NCBI GenBank assembly: GCA_051294375.1
Contig: CM119268.1
Span: 21,238,553 to 21,302,552 of the forward strand
Source: Paraspadella gotoi
Taxonomy: Eukaryota > Animalia > Chaetognatha
DNA length: 64,000 bases
Direction: 5' to 3'
Part shown: positions 12,697-26,300 of the stretch, piece after piece
Layout of the letters: every line of letters starts with the position of its first letter
Position numbering within the stretch: the stretch's first letter is position 1
Translations under genes and position numbers: made by a program
The notes under the pieces: generated by a model
Told to the model about the DNA's origin: nothing
Databases searched by the model: none
The model's input: only the letters and a program-made list of their open reading frames with translations

Positions 12697-14583
12697 AGAG
12701 GAGAGATCAACGGCGCTCGGAATAATTCGCCTCGATTTTGCGGATTTCTTTATCATGCAGAGCTGAAACGAGAATAGACATTAAACTCCTCAATTTACTC
12801 ATTCATATCATTATCCAATGTATAGGATAACTGCACATTCTCGATGTGGAGAGTTATGTTTAATCACTCCGATAAGAAACTATAAGACTATATGTGAGAT
12901 AAAGAAAGACAAAAGAGAGAGAGAGATGCCATGTAGTATGAGTATTGAGAGAGGAGTTACGTTTATGCAAGTAGAAGAAGAAAAGCTACTTTGTAAATGA
13001 GAAAGAAGAGATGAAAAGATGAAGAGCACGATAGAATGTAGTTGGAGATGAGAGAGTTCCGAGAGTAAATGAGCCATGTAAAAGAAGAGAGAACAAGACA
13101 CATATGCCACTTTGCGCATTAATGTCTTTTGAGAGGAGAGAAAGATGACATCGGAGGACCAGGAAAAAAACTGCGATATGGACGCGCAGTGGCATGCGAT
13201 ACGAGAGGAAGAGAGGGAGAAAATCGAAATTCTGAGGAAACAATGAATCTTTATTATATTTCTGGAAATATCTTTCTTTCTTTTTTCGCGTACTTTTTCT
13301 TCTACTATATATTTTTTAGTAATGAATTTCATTACAGCAAACAAAGTGGAAGGGGGTCTAATTAAGGGAGTAATATTTGTACGGTATTAGTTTGACAAGC
13401 CTTGGAAGGGAGGATATCACTATAATTGGTTTATACACTATTTGTTCTTTTCTTGATTGTGGAATTATTTTAGTGTGAAGGGATGTGTGGTTAATGAGTG
13501 TTGGTATATATCAATATGGAGCACAGATGGGAGAAGAGAGAGAGAGAGAGTGAGATATTGAGTTCTATATTTATTTAATTATTTTTAAACAGAATTAGAT
13601 CATAAGAACAGCAAAGCAACGATTATTATAATTCTTTGTGATGATGTAATGTGTGTATTTGATAATAAAATATTCGATATGTATATATAATTATTGTTTG
13701 TAAGATAACTGAATGTTCTATTGTATATTTTACTTTCGACAAGCTATATATATTACCTTCTTTTACCACAATTTTTATTTTATTTTTACAAATTTTTTTA
13801 TTTTACACGTGAATATAAGAGCAAAGAACAGAAGAAATATATATGAAATTAGAATTTTATATCTAGTGTTTGATCAATTGATTCATATAATACAAGTTTC
13901 TAAAGTTTCGAGAGAGTCGTAACGATCTAGTAACGTGAGTCAGTCGTCATAATATCAGATCGTCTTGTAAAATTTATATTAGTCGAGTATCGTCGGTTCA
14001 GTCGTATAAATTAAAAAACTTATTTATCATATAAAATTAAAATTTAACAATTTTATTCACCATATATATGAGAGAATAAGTGTTGTTTGGTTCATCCAAA
14101 CAAATAAGCACACATCCAGAGATTAAATACAATTAATCTCAATAGGTTATCACAAATTTCAGATTTCTCTCGGTGGTCAAAAAAAATGTTACAAGTACAC
14201 CGGTTACGCTAGAAACCTAACAAATCTTTTAAATTATGTTCAAAATTATTCAGGCGGGCTAATTTACAATTGTAAGATTCCCAACCATTTTGAAAGTTAC
14301 GATAAAACTCTGTCCAATTGCTGAGCCTGAGACTAACGAAACAATTTAAAAATCAATTATTTTTTCGCATGGCAAAAATAAGAAGATAATAATAAATAAA
14401 TATCCCAAAATAACAACATCAAATATACATAAAAAAAATCATCTTATCAAAACCGATTCTCAAAAAAAAAATCTTATAGAGTTCGGCGAACTTCATGCAT
14501 CATCCCAATTCATCTTGTATGAAGGAACTTTTTCCCAGGACAAACACCTCTCTCTCTCCTCTCTCCTCCTCTCTCTCTCCATC

Positions 14584-14643
<60 letters not shown>

Positions 14644-15523
14644 TTGTCCTGGGAAAAGTCCTTCATACAAGATGAATTGGGATGATGCATGAAGTTCGCC
14701 GAACTCTATAGATTTTTTTTTCTGAGAATCGGTTTTGATAAGATGATTTTTTATGTATTATTTTGATGTTGTTATTTTTGGGGATATTTATTTATTTTAT
14801 CTTCTTTTTGCCATGCGAAAAAATATTGATTTTAAATTCATTTCGTTAGTCTCAGGCTCAGCAATTGGCAGAGTTTTATCGTAACTTCAAAATGGTGGGA
14901 ATCTTACAATTGTAAATTAGCTGAAGATTGAAATTAGAATTTCTATTGGACTTTGAAATCTTTGAGAGAGAAACGAAAAGTGAACCGTTGAGATTATGAT
15001 ACTAGGATGAACCAAAAAATCAATAATGAAAATGTTAGATATGTTTTATACGACGCCGACGACGACAAAAACGACGACGATAATGACGACGACGACGACG
15101 ACGACGACGATAATGAACAAGATCCACTAGAAAACTTACTGGTTAACGAAAATAAAATAAGTGAAAAAAAAATGGAAAGAAGGTAAGAAGGCGCGAAAGA
15201 AAAATAGACAAGTTATCAACAAAAAACGAATATATTAAAAACACAGGTTTATCCTGCTTTATAATTGTTAAAATAAAATAAACAAACGATTCATTGTCAT
15301 TGAAAAAATAAACACTCCCGCCACAAAAAAAATAAGAAAAGAAAAATAGGAAAAAAAGAAGAAAAAGAAAAAGAATGAAAAAGAATAAAAGAAAAGAGAA
15401 AAAGAAAGAAAAAGTAAAAAGAAATCATTTTTTCGCGTTTTCATCTTTTTTTTCCTTTCTCCTTCCATAAGTTTCCTCCATATTTTATCTCGGTTTTTAG
15501 TGTTTTTCTTTCCTCCTTTTCTT

Positions 15524-15623
<100 letters not shown>

Positions 15624-15746
15624 CCCCTTTGCTTCTTTCGATGGGATTCACTTTCCCCTCGGAGTCATTTTCTTTCGAAGAGATGATGATAATAAGCACC
15701 CGTTTCAGCCTCTGCCGACGCGAGGCGAATATTCCGAGCGCCGTTG

Positions 15747-15824
<78 letters not shown>

Positions 15825-18800
15825 CTCTCCCACTATCTGTGTTAAGACGCGATGTACAGTCTCGTAGAATAAACTATGCAGTTAGAAAAAAAATTTCATT
15901 ATTGATTTTTTCATTTTTTATTGTTTCTCATCCTAGGTCATTACTCCGTGAATGTTATGTATAAAAATTAATGCAAAATCTTTTAATGCTCTCAAGATAC
16001 AGTTAAATACATAAATGCCGTCAGAATTCAAACTAAAAAGAAGATTGGTTTATTCTATAATGTGGGAATAACATATCTCTTAAAAAACAATGCAGTCAGA
16101 ATCTCCTTTGTTTAAGCTGTCGTTTGATATCAAAAACTTTAAACATTTGTCTGTCTATCTGTCCTGTCTGTCCGTCTTTCTCCATACCTTTAAAGTCTTA
16201 TTACTTATGTTTGGATAAATCAATTGAGTTGAAATTTTGTCCGTAATTAAAAAAAAATGGTTCATTGAGCTGGAATTCAAATTTCAACAGAATCAGGCTA
16301 GTGGAAGTAAGTTTAATTAGAAAAAGTAAAGATCAATTTTAGTTTATTAATTAATTGTTATTTTATCGTCGTACATAAATGCGTCGCCATCGTCGTTGTT
16401 GGCGTTGTTGTCGAGGTCCTTGAAATTGGGTGAGGACAGTTATTAAATATGTTTTGTTTACGTTTTATCAAATAAACGAATTTCCTCATTTTTATTTATA
16501 TCTCTCTCTCTATTCTCTTTTAATTACATATAGCTATCTCTCTCTCTCTGCTGATCAGTTTATTTGTCAATGAAAAAGTTTTCTCCTGATACTACTGCTG
16601 ATTCGTCCGAAAACGATTTGGCCTCTCTCTCTCTCTCTCTCGCAATATCAGGTTTTTATTTCGTTCTTTTTTCTCGTCACTCTTTTATTTTTTCGTCGGA
16701 TCTGCTTTCAGCAGATCCCGACTTTATAATTTACTTTGTCGGCCCGTCGGTCCGCCCACTCAATCTTGACGGGCATTCACTTATATCATGTCAGAACATC
16801 AAATTATGATAAATTATCAAAAAAAAAATGATGTCCGTTCCGTCCGTCCCACCTTAACAAAAATAAAAATTACTCGTGATTGGATGAGATGTGGTGTGGG
16901 TAGGGAAGTGTGTGCTTGAGCTGGATATAAAGTTTTTGATGGAATCGTCCGAGTGGAAATGAGTTTTAATGGAAAAAACAAAACATATATTTCACTATTT
17001 GATGGGGAGCTTGACCTGAAATTTGTATGTGGGTAGGAAAGTGTGTGATTAAACAGGAAATCAAGTTTCGATGGAAATCGTTGGAGTGGAAATGAGTTAA
17101 ATGGAAAAAACAAAGAACCTGTTTTACTAATTGGATTATGCTTCTTTTTCTCTTTATTTTAAATGTAATTCAAGATGAATTAATTAATAAAATTATTAAT
17201 CAGTTAATTAATCAATTAGTCAATTAATTTATCAATTATTAATTAATCAGTCAATCAATCAAAACAAACATTTTGGAGCAAATTAATTAATTGCCTAATT
17301 AATTAAATAATTAAATTGAATAATATAATTATTAATTAATTAAATAATTAATTAACTTGAATAATTATTAATTAATTATTAATTAATTAATTAATTACCG
17401 ATAATAACCATGGGCAAATCCGACTTGAAATACAAGATGTATTAATTAATCAAATAATTAATCAGTTAATTAATCAATTAGTCAATTAATTTATCAATAA
17501 TTAATTAATCAGTCTATTAATAAATCAAAACAAACATTTCAAATCAATAACTTGAATAAATTAATTATTAATTAATTAAATAATTAATCAACTTGAATTA
17601 ATTATTAATTAATTAACTTGAATTAATTATTAATTAATTAATTATTAATTAATTAATGACCATGGGCAGATCCGACTTGAAATACAAGATGTATTAAATA
17701 ATCAAATAATTAATCAGTTAATTAATCAATTAATTATTCAATAATTAATTAATCAGTCAATTAATCAATTTATTGTTCAATAAATCAATTTATTTATCTA
17801 TTAATTAATTATTTAATCAATCAATCAAGTCACATTCAATATCTTTCTTATCTGATGTCTCCTGGTTACGAAAAAAAAAAAATTTGTGGTAGCCTCGAAC
17901 GTGCAACCTTCGCATCTTAAACAACAATCAGAATTCTCTCTCTTACTTTGGCTCTTTTGCTCTCACTCTTTGCCTCACTCTTCTCTGTCGCTTTTCTTTG
18001 TTTCTGCATCAATTTCAGAACTTTTGCTTACTTACTCAGCCTTGTTTGGTCATAAACATGTCCAAATTCACCTTTCCATTTCTTTGTTAATATTGACAAT
18101 AATTATAATTTCTATAATTATAGTCTTTGATACATTAAAAAATAATTCTTTTCAATGTTATAGAGGAGGAAAAAAACTTATTAATTTTTTTTAATATAAA
18201 AACATTACAGTATTATTATTAAAAGTAATGATTCCTAAAAATTAATAGCAAATGATCACAATAACATAAGATAAGAAAAACTGTCCTCCATATCCCCCTT
18301 GAATACTTATGGAAAACATAATAAAAAAAAAAATAAAAAACAAAAAATTTAAAAAAAAACTTTTTCAGACCATGCTCACGAAGAATTATAATTTTGCATA
18401 AAAAATAAATAAATCAAAAAATAAAAACATCAGATTGTGACAAAATCGATTGGGAAAAATCTGATTTTTTTCAAAATGCAAAATTATTTCTCAAGTTCCT
18501 TATTTATAATTCTCCATGAGACAATGTTTTTTTCTAAAATTTAAATATTTAACTTTTTAATTAATTAAAAATCATTTTAGTATACTAAACTTTAAAATAT
18601 TTTTATAAAAATTTATACCTAAAGTTCTAAGAAGATGCTTTTCCCAAAAATGTCTCTTAGATCTTTTCTTAAAACGCCAAACAAGTCACAGCCACAAAAT
18701 AAATACAAAAACTAGAAAAAAGCAATATTGTTTTGTCATTCTGATTTAGAGATATTTGGTTGATTGTTATGCCTTAAATTTCCTTTAAATGAAAAATAAT

Positions 18801-19660
18801 AGGTTTAAAAGATAGCTCTTGATCTCTAGTAATAAATTGAGTTTGAATATAACTTTTTTTAATGAGCAAGTTTAACCCAGATCAATTACGAATAACAATG
18901 GTAAGATATTTTGTCACCATTTTAAGCTACTTTTAGCCTGAATTTTTACATTTTTGATTATCTTTGCGATCTTACTGATGAAAAACAGTCATGGTAAGAG
19001 AGCCTATGTTCGTTCGAATATAAGGCATATGTTAGTAATCAGACAGAACAAAAATTTTGGTCACAAGGTAAAGAATTTTGCATGAGAATAGCGTGAATAA
19101 AAATTTTCCACGAGACTGTGCACCGCGACTTAATCCTCTCCTCGTCCTGGGTTCTACCATTTTTTGCTTAATCCATTCTCTTGTCTCATCCTGCTCTCCT
19201 TTTATTCTATTATATCATCTTCAATTTAATTCTACTCTTATTTTCACAAATGCTACTAATCATTCATCATTAATAATTTTCCTACTTCTCTTTCAATCCA
19301 GACCGGCTTTTTCTTTTTATTCTTTTCACTCCCTTTCTGCAATCTTTATTACCTTAATCAATCCCTGCTTAATTTTTTTCTTTAAAGCAAAGATTATTGA
19401 CTCTTTAAATCCACTATAGTATCTTTATTTCTTTAATCCACTCCTGCTTTTTTGATTCTCTTAATCCACTTCTGCTTTTATTATTCCTTTAATCCACTTC
19501 TTCTCTTTTTCCTTATCTTTCTTCTCTTTCCATCTCCTTCATTCATTTTAATCCTCTTTTCCTCAATCTTCAGCTTTCATACTTTCAATTTTTTCCATTT
19601 TCTTTTTTCTTCGGTCCAATCTTTCTCCTCAATCTCTCTTCTTTTTTTTTCACTAGAACC

Positions 19661-19986
19661 CAGAGAGTTCCAAGCTCCAATCCCACTCTGTCACCCACAG
19701 AGTTACAAGTTCCACTCCCACTTTATCACTCACAGAGTTCCAAGCTCCAAGCCCACTCTGTCACCCACAGAGTTTCAAGTTCCAAGCCCACACTGTGACA
19801 CACAGAGTACTAAGTTCCAATCCCACTCTGTCACCCACAGAGTTCCAAGTTCTAATCCCACATTGTGACACACAGAGTACTAAGTTATAATCCCACACTG
19901 TGACACACAGAGTTCCAAGCCCCAAACCCACTCTATTACTTTCAGAGTTCCAAGCCCCAAGCCCACACTGTGACCCACAGAGTTCT
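19661..19986 (+). repeat. 35-bp minisatellite, ~9 copies
   Basis: Consensus cagagttccaagctccaatcccactctgtcaccca. Confidence 0.9.
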
Positions 19987-20311
19987 TTTAAGATTTTTAT
20001 TTTTCAAGTGCGGAATTTTTGATTCCATAAAAAAATCGATAGTTTGTTTTTTTATCACAAAAGTGTGAACCCCTTCTCGCTTTAGCTATAACTTATCCAC
20101 TACCTACCTCAATCCCTGTCCACAAACGACCACAAACCACCAACGATCACAACCAGTGGTCCAATTTGGGTTCTTTCTCTCCAATCCGCCCTCGCAAGGA
20201 CTCCCTCTCTTCGCCCCCCCCTAAAAAAAAGTCGCACATTTCGTGGGTGAGAAAACTTTTTACGATTCTGTCAATAAAGTCTACAACAACGACGAGAACT
20301 CAAAAAACTAC

Positions 20312-20541
20312 GCGACGATGACGACGACGATGATGACAACGACGATGATGACGATGAAGACAATGATGACGACAACAACGATGACGACAACGACGATGAC
20401 GACAACAATGATGACGACAACAACGATGACGACAACAACGATGACGACGATGAAGACAACCATGACGACAACGACGATGATGACAACGACGATGACGACA
20501 ACGACGATGACGACAACACCGACAACGACGATGACAATGAC
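20312..20541. repeat. Imperfect (GAC/GAT/AAC)n trinucleotide tract
   Basis: Direct inspection; it reads as poly-Asp/Asn in one frame, coding status unknown. Confidence 0.8.
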
Positions 20542-20797
20542 TGTAAAGGCTAATGAAGAATGAAGATCTCTGAAGCATTCCACATTTTGATTAAAATAAC
20601 CCTTTTTTTCATTTAAAATTCTTTCTTTAATCTTTTCCATCTGCTTTCCTAATATTCTTTCATCATTCATTTTATATTTTTTTCTCCATTTGAATTCTTT
20701 TTGTCCTTCTTTTTCATTTTTCAAATCCTTTTTTTCGCGCCTTTTCGGAATCTCACTTTATATCCGCATTCACCTTCGCATTTTCTTCGCCCGTCAT

Positions 20798-21060
20798 CAG
20801 CAGGAGCAGCACCAGGAGCAGCCGGCGCGGCAGGTGATAAAATATATATTCGGTCGAAACGACGTCGGCAGCTGACGCCGCAGCCCCCAGCCGCTGCGGC
20901 GAAGCACCAATTCTCGGCGGCACCATTTCGAGAAAGCGACTCGGAAGGATTGCCACCCACCCAATCCTCCGTGCTCGACCCACCCAGCCTACTCAACCTT
21001 ACTCAATTTTCCGCCGCCGCCGCCGCCGCCTTTCCTCGTATTCCCGTCCGCCCACAGTAA
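20798..21060 (+). other. GC-rich putative exon of an unidentified gene
   Basis: GC-rich island after a pyrimidine tract and tcatcag. The open frame AGAAPGAAGAAGDKIYIRSKRRRQLTPQPP... has no recognisable domain. Confidence 0.25.
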
Positions 21061-21502
21061 ACAGTTCAGACTTGGCGGATTCTCTCAGTCCATCTTTCTG
21101 TCTCTCGAGACACAATGAGTTCCTTCCCTGTTGACGCCTTCGACGCCTTGTTCAATAGGCAATGCCTTGTTCTTTCATTGGGAATTGACTGTTACTTTAT
21201 TATCTTTTCCATTTTTTTTTAAATCGCTTTATTCTTTTTTTTATTCCCTCCAAATTTTTCTTTCTTTCTCTAATTCACAAGATCGGCCTCTCCTCTCTCC
21301 CTCCTCCTCCTCCTCCTCTCCTCCTCTTCCTCTCCTCCTCCTCCTCCCTTCCTCCTCTCCTCCCTTCCTCCCCCAACTCTACTGTCCCTTCCCGATCAAG
21401 AGGCCGAATTATCCCCCGATTTCTCGCCATTCTCTGATCGACAATCGCCCACCTCGAGAGCCTCACGCACGCGCCTGAAGAGAAGGGAAAATATTCATCA
21501 CC

Positions 21503-21570
<68 letters not shown>

Positions 21571-21898
21571 CCCATCCCTCAGCTTATCTTTATCTCCTTA
21601 TCCTTCCTCACCATTTGTCCTGCGCCCCTCGACAACCACTCACCACTCACAACTTACCACTCACCCTTTAGCACTTACCACTCACCCACCCACATTCCTC
21701 CCTCTTTCACATTCCTTACCACCGCCGCCTCCCCACCCATTTTCTCCGTCGGGCGAAGAAATCTGAAAAAAAAAGAACATTTCTCCCCCATTTTTTTTGT
21801 GCCATTATAAATTCCAAATCATTCCATTATGAAATATGGGCGGGAGGTCGTCGTCGTCGTCGTCGTCGACAAAGTCATTATCATCATCGTCTTACGGA

Positions 21899-22152
21899 AT
21901 CGCTCTATTGCTCCATTCCATGATCGCTCTATTGCTCCATTCCTTCATCGCTCTATTGCTCCATTTCTTCATCACTCTATTACTCCATTACTTCATCGCT
22001 TTATTGCTCCATTTCATCATCGCTCTATTGCTCCATTCCATCATCGCTCTATTGCTCCATTTCATCATCGCTCTATTGCTCCATTACTTCATCGCTCTAT
22101 TGCTCCATTTCATCATCGCTCCATTGCTCCATTACTTCATCGCTCTATTGCT
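21899..22152. repeat. 24-bp minisatellite, ~10.5 copies
   Basis: Consensus atcgctctattgctccatt(tca/act)tc; it produces the spurious HRSIAPFH and IALLLHFI ORFs. Confidence 0.9.
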
Positions 22153-22275
22153 ACGCTTCCTCGCTACGATTTGCGCCCATCATAATTTCCTCCCCCCTAA
22201 GAATCGGAAAGCGTTTCCGATGGTTCGACGATATTTTTGTAATCTTTGAAATAACCTATCTCACGCTCTTGCATC

Positions 22276-22401
<126 letters not shown>

Positions 22402-22964
22402 GCGAATAGGAAATAATAGTTGAAGGTTGTCTAAAAATAAATAAGTGTATTAAGATATATCCAAGCAGCAAATCTCAGAAATGGTTTAAGTTATGCAACG
22501 TAAACAATATATTCCGAAAACATTCTTCATTGTTATCAAGTTAGTGAAAAAAAATGCTTTATAGAATATTATTTAATAAAAAAAATATTAAAAACATTGC
22601 TAACCCGGGGTTGAGCTTCAAAAATGTAATATTTAGAATTAAAAGTTTTAAAATTACACTAAAACACAATTAGAAAGCGTTTAAACAAAAAAATAATTAA
22701 AGCAATAATTTACAATAACGTTAATCCTACTCAAATTGACTAAATAATTATTCTAAAAATAAATGATAATGATAATGATACGGAGTTGAGAGACAAAAAC
22801 TTTTCTTGATCCCGTGACTTTTGAGATTCCATAACGTAATGAAACGGCGTCACATGAGCTGAACTCAAAACTAAGCATCCATCCTCAACAAGGGTCGTTA
22901 TTTGTAGAGCGAATACCTTATTGAAAGTAAGTAAAAAGCCTTCCGAGTTCCGACCATTCCTCCC

Positions 22965-23254
22965 TCATTCGTAAAGGTAAGTCGCGTAGTGAGGTCGATG
23001 ACCATAAAAGACGGAATTGATGACCTCTCTCTCTGGATCTTCGACCGACGTCAATTTTGAGACGGGGAAAGCGAAGCAGGATCTGTGGACGGACGGATGG
23101 ATGGACGGAGAAAACAAAAAGAGGTAAGGACAGACCGGTTAACAGATTATCCTGATGATTTACCTGTTGCTTTTGCGAATTAAGGGCGTTGGCGGCTGAT
23201 TCCTCAACGAAGTTTCGGAACTGGGCAAAAGATATTCCAAATTAAAATTAATTT

Positions 23255-23335
<81 letters not shown>

Positions 23336-26300
23336 TTCTCTCTCACCTCTTAATGCCGCGACTCAAGTTATGCTGTCGATTGAGCATCTCCCATTGCGAA
23401 GCCAATGGAATCGTTCCGATCGTTAATGGAATCACCGCGCGGAACTTTTCCTCCATGTGGTTCAAGTAACCCTCGAACTGGAGGATTTAGAGTAAAGACA
23501 TGAAACGCTGTCACAGAAAGGAATAAAAGTGCGTCAGCTGCTTGTTAACTAAATAATTACGTTGATCTTGTTACTTCGGGGGTAGTTGTTGATGAAAATA
23601 AAGATTTAATATTCCCTAATTCGAATGCCCTAATGTGAATGCAACGAGATATTGAGAGAAAATTTTGATATGTTTGACAGCTCCAGACGTTTAACAATAT
23701 AATAACTGACCAGTCTTGTAGATCAAAAGCTAATATCTTATAATATCGAAGAAAAAGACAATAATTGTGGATAAGGCGCTTAGTGGGCAGAAGATGACTA
23801 TCCGTAACTGCTATAACCCCCTCGAGCAGACATGGAACGTGTCCTGGGCTTGGAACCAGGCTTGAGGGTTCGCCACTCCCCTAAGGGGGCTTACGGCCGT
23901 CCTCACACTTCCCGCAGGGTAGGTACCGGGTTGTGATTGAACCCGGTACCTAGTGGTCATTAGCTGATGGCTTTACTCAATGAGCCACCGGGTCACAACT
24001 GGAAGAGTCATGCTTATAGGCGGGGTAAACCTACTACCACTCACACCAAATTTACTTATCCTCATCATCTTTCACCACTCACACCTCCCAACCAACCTTG
24101 AGCGCGTATTCCACCTCCATAATGTCGCACTCGTGCAGACAACTCGGTGGCAGAGGCGGGATGGTCAACGCCTCCTTCTGGATGTCCAACGACCCGCCAG
24201 CTTTGATTCGTGTCTCGTCTCCCAAGTTGAAGCTCAAGATGGACGTCGTTTTGCGGATTTTGTTGTCGCCAGGTTCGTGGGCGATGTAGATGATTCTCTG
24301 GAGGATGTAAGAGGGGAAAATTGATGGAGAAGGATTGATGGATAAAGAAAAATGAAAAGTAATGTAAAGGGTTGGCTGGGGTAAGGAGGGAAAAGATTAA
24401 ATGTGTGGCGATGTCAAAATCAATATTCGGTTTCCAATTTAAAAATGGCCTTATTTCTGCTCCTTTATCTGTAACATTAACCTAATCGCTAACCTAACCT
24501 CACCTCTAACTCAATCATTAAACCTAAAAACTAATCTAATTCCGCCGAATTAAAGACAAAATGGGGTGTTTTGAAAAAATAGAGCCGAATAAACATTTTC
24601 TTCGTCTTATAATTCTCCGTATTTTCAGTGAACTGAAAATTTTCAGCGGGCTATCGAATATATTATTATACTCAGTCTTAATTGTGTAAATTCCTTGTAG
24701 TTTCGTTGCGTTTTAATTCATAATAACGAAGGTTTGATCTTTGTTTTCAGCAACGACTGTTGGAATTTTTATTTACAATAAAATGTTTCGGCTCGAGAGT
24801 CAAATTGCAAATTATAAATTAAAACGCATATACTCAGTCTAGAATATCAAAGTACGATTTCCATAAATTTAATTTAGTTTAACTAAAATCGAAGGAAATG
24901 GAATGATCAAGAAGCTTGTCTCGCTTGTCCTATAACTCTTAATTAATCCATTTTCTGCGACGCTAATTTAACTATAATTGCACCGACTTTAGACTCCAAC
25001 CTGCAAGAGTCGAATCTCCCATTTTGTCAGTTCCTGATTCGATTTATTCGTGATATTAAGATCAAAGAAAATCTGTTCTCCCGGGACGTAACCCTTTCGA
25101 TCCGATCTCATGTAGATGTTGACTTCGCCCCGACGACGACACAATCCACAGAATCCGCCCNNNNNNNNNNNNNNNNNNNNNNNNNGAATGAGAGAGATAA
25201 CGATCCGTCGCCACGTAGCGTGAAAACCTCCGACTCAGGACTACATCGAACTCACGACAGAATCACAAATGGGAGGGACATCGCCGCTTGAAAGATAAAG
25301 GGTGGGTGGGTGTGATTGATTGATTTGATTGAATTGATTGATTGATTTATTGATTGATTTATTGATTGATTTATTGATTGATTGGTTTATTGATTGGTTT
25401 ATTTGATCAAAATTTATTGTTTGATTGATTTGATTGATTTGATTGATTGATTGATTGATTGAATTGGTTATTGATTGATTGGTTTACTTGATTGATTTAT
25501 TTGATCAATTTATTTTATTTGAAATTGATTTTTTAGATGTTTCATGATTGGATTAAAATATGATAAAGCTAGCGAGCTGCAGTCAGTTTACTACTTATTC
25601 CATCTTCGCACTGAATCAGCCATCAATCAATCAATCAATCATCATCAACCAATTTATTTAATCATCCATTACTCATGAAGCATCATCAATCATCTATCAA
25701 TTTACTCTTAATCAGTCAACATCGCTCAAATGCGTTGAACGAAGCCCAAAAGTCCTTACATGTTTGCTGCGGGCAGTCGGTCCTCTCTCAGTACAGAGAC
25801 AATTGATCGAAGCTCCTATAACAATCGCCGGAGGTAGTGAAATACAGAGTGGTTGCTTGGCGACTGACAAATTGAGAAATGATAATTTTGAACGTTATGT
25901 CAAGTTTTGCGACTAATTTTAAAAATATTGTATCAGCTTAAGGGCAACTGCTAATTGTTGAATATAAAAGATTTAATAAGGTTCTCATATTTTAGTTTTA
26001 TAGTAGGTAATTTATGATTGTAAAATATTAAAAAATATATTCTAAAAAAAATATTTTGGAAGATTAAAAAAAATTACCCTACTTCAAACAATTAAAATCT
26101 AATTCAATGGTACTAAAAACTATTAATCTCCATAATTTTTTAACCTAAACTGTTACAGTTGTTTTTCTAATTTCAATATTCTTTTCTAATATTTATAATT
26201 TTATTTTCCAATAAAAAGGCCGACGTCGGTCCCCGTGACCCGGCCGAGTTTGAGGAGGAAGAGGAGGAAGAGCGGACCAGGGTTCGTCTCGGCGCGGAAG

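Noticed and set aside
14545-14642. Retained PacBio SMRTbell adapter at the palindrome centre
   Set aside because: The loop is CT-rich but lacks the adapter's GTTGTTGTTG/AACAACAAC core. The second palindrome tip is genomic intron/exon sequence.
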